Shown here: positions 33,087-39,569 of the stretch, one piece after another | Position numbering within the stretch: position 1 is the stretch's first letter | Layout of the letters: every line of letters starts with the position of its first letter | Source: Octopus bimaculoides | Taxonomy: Eukaryota | Assembly: GCF_001194135.2 (NCBI RefSeq) | Contig: NC_068999.1 | Span: forward strand, 18,749,423-18,788,991 | Reading direction: 5' to 3' | Length of the DNA: 39,569 nucleotides | Notes under the pieces: generated by a model | The model's input: the letters and a program-made list of their open reading frames with translations, nothing else | Told to the model about the DNA's origin: nothing | The model's database searches: none | Program-made: the position numbers and the translations under genes

Positions 33087-36000
33087 ATGTCTATAACTTT
33101 CTACCTAAACTTAAACACGCCATCATAGTTCAGATACACTTTGACAGGTAAGCATTTATACTTGCTCATATCCGAAACATGAGGGTATATACGCTTCTTT
33201 ACAGTATCCAGGGGAAAATCTCAAACGCCACTCTCAAACTTCATCCAACGTTCCTCCCTCCTGGTATATTGATTTCTAGTTCGCTTTCTTCGTTTAACCT
33301 GAAGCAAAATCTTGAGACAACACTGAACACCTAATTTTCAGAGAGAATCTGATATCCAGGCAATAGTTAGTAATTAAACTTAATTGTCAACTGAATTGGA
33401 AGGTATTCACGACGATTGATATCGATATTCTTCAATAGAATTCCATTCTATCTACATGGAAGAAACTGCCAGCAACTTCATCGTCAATGCTGAGTAAGTA
33501 ACTCCATTGAATCAACTCTGTAACCTCCTGCACCCACACACACTACACTTAACTCAGAGTTGATGGCATCGTGTTGCTTATAATTATTTTGTCTGCGTCA
33601 CTGATAAGCACATATTTATGCTTGCAAAAGTGTTCGTTTTCATAGATATTAGGTCACGTGTCGAGGCGGAAACAAGTAATCATTTCTCTTAGTTTGTCTT
33701 CATTTTATAGCGAGTGCTTCCTTTTTTGGTATGTTTCGTTGGTGCTGGTGTTAGGGTTATTTAGATCGTGGACATGCCTTGATTCGCATATATTACTGAT
33801 TTATCGACGAGAATTTATCGTGTTAAAATCCATCGGTAATACTTTTGGGCCAACGTAATCAAATCTCTCCTTCGGATTTCTAACCTGCCAATGTAGAAGA
33901 AATAGTATTTATTACTGTCTGTGAGCTAGTGATATAAATATTGATGCTGTTCCTGAATACAATATAAATCAACTTCACAAATAACAAAAGCCAAAATATT
34001 TTTACATTATTTTCATCTAGATTTACTCTGCACATTTAAAAAGAATGCATCCTGATAATTGGTAGTCTGACAAAATTCTATGGTCAGTTCCACGAACGAT
34101 AGAAAGCATTCAAATATATTTTTTCTTTCAAATTGGACTCTGCAGAAAGAAATAAGAAACTATAAATGGAAAACTAAAACATAATATAAACACACTATAT
34201 ATTTTGCCTTATTTTTATGTCATCATCAGCCCTAGGGAAATCAATACGAGACTGTTTCGCATTTTTTTAGTAATGCTTCATTTACGTATGTGTTTCTACG
34301 TCTCTATTTCCATATATTTATGTATTTAGTTAAACTTACTGTGCCCCCGGTAGAGTGAACGAGTATTTTAAAAAGTAATTTCATCGTATGTATGCAACAA
34401 TTGAAATGAATAGTAGAGGCTGTCTCGTATCCAATAAATTGCGAAATTCAATATACATCTAGAAATACGCTGACAAATTGCACGTATATTATACTACACA
34501 AAATCTTACAAACGCAAACGCATACTTATATGAATGCGTAAATACACAGATACATATATTAATATGCGTATATGTGTGTGTATAAATATATGTGTATTTC
34601 GTGTGTGTTACTGTCATTGTGCTTTCCATATGTTTGTATACGTGTGTGCATCATAAATATTTCTTCAGTCTTTTCAAACTTTTCAAAATGTTGACAATCA
34701 TAATGTATTAATTTACTTGAGTGTATACACTAGAGGTGATACATGACCTATCAAATATATCAAAATATCATTTTTGTCAGTCTGGGTTATATTTAACTAC
34801 GCCCATTTCATACTACTTTTGAATAAAATTATCCCTCATTTTCCTATATTGTTCAATCTTACGTTTTTCGAACGATTTTAACAAATTAATTAATGTTCAC
34901 TACTTTTCTTTGATAATACGTTAAAAGTCTACTTTATGTGCAATATCACATATTTCGTAAATATATGACGATTTAAATATCACCGAAAGCCTAGGCGAAA
35001 CGCATGTATTCATTCTCGAATTGTTAAACTTGAGAAAATATCAATGTCTTACGAGGTAGAGCTTTACAATTTTCTTAACAGATTTAATTTCATAATGATT
35101 TACATATTACTGTAGTAGTATTTTCCAAGAAGATCCTTTGATATTTATGCCTACACAAAGCTTTTATCAAGATATCTCCACCATTTTAATAGTTTGTTTA
35201 ACATTTGCGCTACGTTCTTGAGTATCATGTTATGATTATTTCAAATTCTGATTATCAGGGATTAAATAAAATAATATCCCCTTAAACTTAGAGATGAGTG
35301 TATATCTCCTAACATTTACAAAATATTTAAAGCACCAGCAAGTTAATTAATTTCGCTGATATATACTTGTAATAACTTCTTCTTAGATTAAACTATAAAG
35401 TCTGTGTCATTTTGTTTTATATATATAGGGCTTCTTAATAGATATCTCAATTCTTTCATGACTTCTTTAAATTAATGCAGATTTTCTGTTACATTCCATA
35501 CAAGAATCTATGTGTGGAATGGTGGTTCCAAAATACGATTAGATATATTTAAAACTGTTTACGATCTGATGCGCATTTCGCTGCGTATTTCAGATTCAGT
35601 TATAACATGGTATTATACAGCTTTGTCGCTTTATAAAACTACTGAGTACTGATCCTTCAGTCATGTGATCATAGACATTTTGCAAGTGACCCATAAACAT
35701 TGTAAGATATCTTAATTGCGTAAGATGTGCGATTTGAAGCTAAATGGTCATAACGATCATAGTTTTAGTGAAACACAGACACGAATCGGATAGGAAATCT
35801 CATCAGCAAGACGGAAAATTACGATAAAGGTGACTACATATGTTCACGAACAAAAACAAATGATCTGAAAAATCATTCCGTGAATTGTGTATAGAATAAG
35901 AGAAAACGCAGTTTAAACAATTAAAACGGAAGCGACTCAGCTGAAGAAATAATATTTATATAAAACAGAAAGTTTTAAAAATATTGCAGAAATACAAGAA

Positions 36001-37489
36001 TTTCAAAATTACAAAGGAAACGCTGATATTTTTCGCAGAATCGGAAAAATATCCGACAGTATTGAAAGTCGTAAACAAATCTTTGAAACTGGACTCGATA
36101 ACGTTATTTATAGAACGAAGTTGAAACAAAATCCAAATCAGTTTAGTCACCAGCAAGCAAGGGAACTGGAATTAATTTTAGATTTTAGCGTGGATTACTG
36201 ACAGTGATAATGTCAACACAAGCGAGTTTGCTAAAAGTATAATTGTACACCCTATGAAATATAGTGAAATTGAATGACAACACAAAGCTTTGGTGAATAC
36301 ACAGAACAATGTTAACGTGAATACAACGAAAAGATAATGTCTTAAACTTCGGCATAATACTTTTAAGGGACATACTTAAGCTCCAACGAGATGTTTAATA
36401 AGATCTTAACGTATCTGAAAACAACATGTGACTCAGCCAATGAATACAATCATATTTAACTCCAAATAATAAAAATCGATGAATCCTAATGTTAACAAAT
36501 CCATGGCGTATAATCCATCTTATAGAGCCTTAACCTCAATAATATCGAAAACACGTCCCCAAAATACGGGATTTCAGAACAGAAGACGGACTGATGTAAC
36601 TAAATATATGAGGGTTAATAATATTTACAGAATACTCAATCCCAAAGGAAAGTGTGCAGAGAAACTACTTTATAATTAGCATAAAATATATATAGCAAAA
36701 AAAGAAAAACAATTCCGCTTGTAATAACATAATCCATAATTTGTGAACATTAAAACTAAATATTTTCGTATTCAAAACTTCCACGGAATTTGCATTGATT
36801 TTATCGACATGAAAATGGCCAGATCATCACACTGGTAACATAAGTACAAAAATAGTCTTATGTTTGCAAACTACATCATCGCCATGTTCTGTATAGGTAA
36901 GAAGAGATGCCAAATGACGTCTGGTATTTAAAGCAATGAATTCGGGAAAAAGCTGCTGCAACTCTTAATAATCAGTGAAAGTTCACAAAGGCAATAACAG
37001 ATGCAAGTGTGTCAACATGCTGGATACTTGCTACGATTTCAATGAAATATCAATCACGTTAGGGAATAAATGCTGGAGACTGGTGGTTTGCAGATATTCA
37101 AGCATATTTCAGCGATGGGGTTTGTAAGTGTTTAAGTCGGTATAATTGGTAAAATATACAACTGTCATAAGAGCATTTAAGTGCAGATTAATCATGCATT
37201 CAGATGTGCCTTCCATTTAAAATTACACGTGATAAAATTGATCAACCTCATTGAAACAACTTTGATTTGTAGTGTTTTATATATGTTGGAATCTTCTTTA
37301 AAGGGATATTTGTTGCAGATTTTCTTTGCAATAACATGAAAAGAAGGCGTTATATTGTTCATAATATACAATATTGTCATTCTTTCAGATAGTTATTAGT
37401 CCACATTCCCATGAAATGACGGATTTGTCTTTGTGTAACTCAATATTACACACTTCCAATAACATATATTCTTGTTTTGTTTGCACATG

Positions 37490-37619
<130 letters not shown>

Positions 37620-37854
37620 GCCTCAAGCTACTGCTATCTAGCACCTTCGGATGATCTCTAATCGACTGCTATACGACTGATCCTCGTCAGCTACTCAACA
37701 GTCACTCAACCCTATTCAACTCTTCTACCATCGCTAGACTACCTCTATTCATATGTCACGGGTGGTCGAACTTCTTCGTTTGGAGGTGTTGTCACAATAA
37801 TATGCATATTTGTTTCTGTCATTGGAGGGTTTCGTAGGACAATACCGATATTAC

Positions 37855-37975
37855 TTGAAACCTCGTACTTATTGTATCGGTGTTTTGGTGCCAAATTCGT
37901 AATTTCAGGGGACGTAACCAAGCTGACGCCGCTTGTCAAACAATATTGGGAGAAAATACAAACACATAGGCATAC
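37855..37975 (-). mobile_element. SINE family B 3' segment, degenerate
   Basis: CCTCGTACTTATTGTATCGGTG...GGGGACGTAACCAAG...CTTGTCAAAC aligns with 21655-21745. Confidence 0.65.
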
Positions 37976-38062
37976 ATCTATATATATATAAACGGCCATC
38001 GAACAAAATATCTGTATATATGTTTATGCCTTTTTTCATATGTATACGCATGTATATTTTTA

Positions 38063-38095
<33 letters not shown>

Positions 38096-38739
38096 TTACT
38101 TTATTCATGGTTTTAAAATGCATATATTTTACTTTTCTATATTTATATATATTATTTATGTTTAATTCTTATTTATATTTGTAAATCACATATTGTACTT
38201 TTCTTTCTTCTATATTTGAATGAGCTACACCACGTCGGTCAACGGACTGTTATTTGATCACTTTATAGATCGTTTGAGTGTCGATTTGGTGTCTGGAATG
38301 GGATAGCTTACCTGATGGGCTGGTAGAAACTCTTTAACCATGGTTGGTAATCTATCTAGAAGAAAATCTCCGAATTAAAGCCTGAGGTCTTGTAATTTCC
38401 TGGTTCGTCAATTTTCCTGAAACACCGGCGAAAATCTTCTTGGCCCAATAGTTGGTGGTAGTGCAGTGCATGCTACACCCACTGAACAATTATTCATGTG
38501 TACATGTACTTCCTTTACACCAGATCTTTGTAAATCATTGAATTGGTTGGTTGGTGGAAACCTAAAAATGCACTTGTAACTTACTCTACAATGTCTCAAA
38601 CAGATTTAGTAAATGGCAAAAATGGCTTGGGAATGTCAGGGGAACAGTTCTGGTTCCGCAGACGTCCCAGTGTCTCATAAACTGGGCTTGTGATACACTA
38701 TAACACTGTGGTCAATCAATCTTCAAGAAAAAATTTAAA

Positions 38740-39015
38740 TAAACATCCTTTGAATTTTGGCTGTTGGAATGTGCGCACACTTCTTGATAATAATTTCAAC
38801 AAGAGACAAGAAAGGCGTATGGGAGCTGAAGAAATATTCCCTTGATATAGTTGCACTCTCTGAAACTCGTCTCTCTTGTGAGGGTCAAGTAATTGAACCT
38901 ACTTATGGATATACTATATTTTGGAGAGGAATACCTAAGGGTAGCGTAGAGAATCTGCTTTTGCTCTCACTAATTCGTTAATATCCTCCATTGCAGATCT
39001 TCCAAGTGGTACAAT
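38740..39015 (+). mobile_element. RTE-clade LINE, AP-endonuclease N-terminal fragment
   Basis: PLNFGCWNVRTLLDNN...RQERR/ELKKYSLDIVALSETRLSCEGQVIEPTYGYTIFWRG...SAFAL...IADLPSG matches the RTE WNVRTL...DIAALSETR...GYTFFW.G pattern. Upstream sequence may be 5' UTR. Confidence 0.88.
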
Positions 39016-39025
39016 TTAGAGAACC

Positions 39026-39067
<42 letters not shown>

Positions 39068-39083
39068 CACATGTAAATTATTT

Positions 39084-39234
39084 ATATTATTTACATTTGA
39101 CGGATATTTGTTCTCATCTTGTTTGCTGTTAAAACAACGTTTCAGATGATGTACCCTCCAGCCTTCGTCAGCCGAAACGTTGTGTTAACACCGAACAAGA
39201 TAAGGACAAATATTCGTCAAATGTAAGTAATGTA
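39084..39234. repeat. Short inverted repeat (~62 bp arms) enclosing a hammerhead-like core; probable collapsed head-to-head pLTRs
   Basis: TTACATTTGACGGATATTTG...ACAACGTTTCAG pairs with CCGAAACGTTGTG...CGTCAAATGTAA. The minus strand reads CTGACGA-AGGCTG gagggtacat CATCT-GAAA-CG-TT. Confidence 0.75.
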
Positions 39235-39444
39235 CATAATTCCTCATCTCTTAAATATAGATCTGTATATCCACTTTTTGTAACAAAATATGAACTATTG
39301 TAATCTACTTACCATGAACAAAAAGTATTTCTACGTATTCTACACAGCACTCTCTTTGGATAGTGGAATTTCAACTGTAAAATCCTACATACAAATCCAA
39401 CGGATACTAACTTTTAGAGAATCGTAGTACTTATTCTAACGTTG

Positions 39445-39530
39445 TTTTGTTGCCGAATCCCTAATTTCAGTGGAAGTAAACAAACTAACACCGGTTGTCA
39501 AGCGACAGTGGGGAATAATACAGACTCATA
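39445..39530 (-). mobile_element. SINE family B 3' segment fragment
   Basis: TTGCCGAATCCCTAA...GTAAACAAACTAACACCGGTTGTCAAGCGACAGTGGGG resembles 21690-21745. Confidence 0.65.
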
Positions 39531-39569
39531 GGTATTTATCTATATGCCTATATATATATATATATATAT

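Noticed and set aside
34981-35010. CCGAAA-GCCTAGGC-GAAA-CGCATG-TA, hammerhead-like
   Set aside because: Core is not CUGANGA and stem I is absent; too degraded to call.
36860-36902. ATG...MFANYIIAMFCI-G/GTAAGA, resembling a signal-peptide first exon
   Set aside because: The next strong acceptor (~37388) is not phase-compatible; a single motif is insufficient.
37636-37696. Minus-strand CTGACGA-GGAT...ATCC-GAAG
   Set aside because: GAAA is mutated and no consistent stem III/cleavage triplet/stem I register was found.
37745-37999. ORF ending ...PPNEEVRPPVTYE that looks like a terminal exon
   Set aside because: Its first half is the antisense of a SINE family B fragment (37855-37975).

Overview
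AT-rich eukaryotic genomic DNA with seven N-gaps, very dense microsatellites and no confidently identifiable host gene. The repeat repertoire (tRNA-derived SINE families with TTA or CA/TA tails, R4/Dong, RTE, Tx1/L1 and Penelope-like elements) points to an octopus genome; this is inference from recalled repeat families, not a database match. The recognisable coding sequence is all decayed transposon: mariner (1.1-1.7 kb), Tx1/L1 (7.9-9.2 kb), R4/Dong (9.3-10.2 kb), Neptune-type Penelope (10.9-12.3 kb), further Penelope-like fragments (14.4-16.9, 18.1-19.1, 21.9-22.6 kb) and RTE (38.7-39.0 kb). Most ORFs in the track are microsatellite artefacts. The standout feature is a non-coding 352-bp-period tandem repeat at 29988-30598. 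Each copy carries an identical minimal type I hammerhead ribozyme (minus strand, GUC cleavage site) at the tip of a long G-U-rich rod, inside a highly branched fold. This is the architecture expected of a retrozyme-like element yielding a 352-nt self-cleaved, potentially circular RNA. Several more, mostly decayed, hammerhead motifs lie near the Penelope-like elements. All alignments and folds were done by eye.
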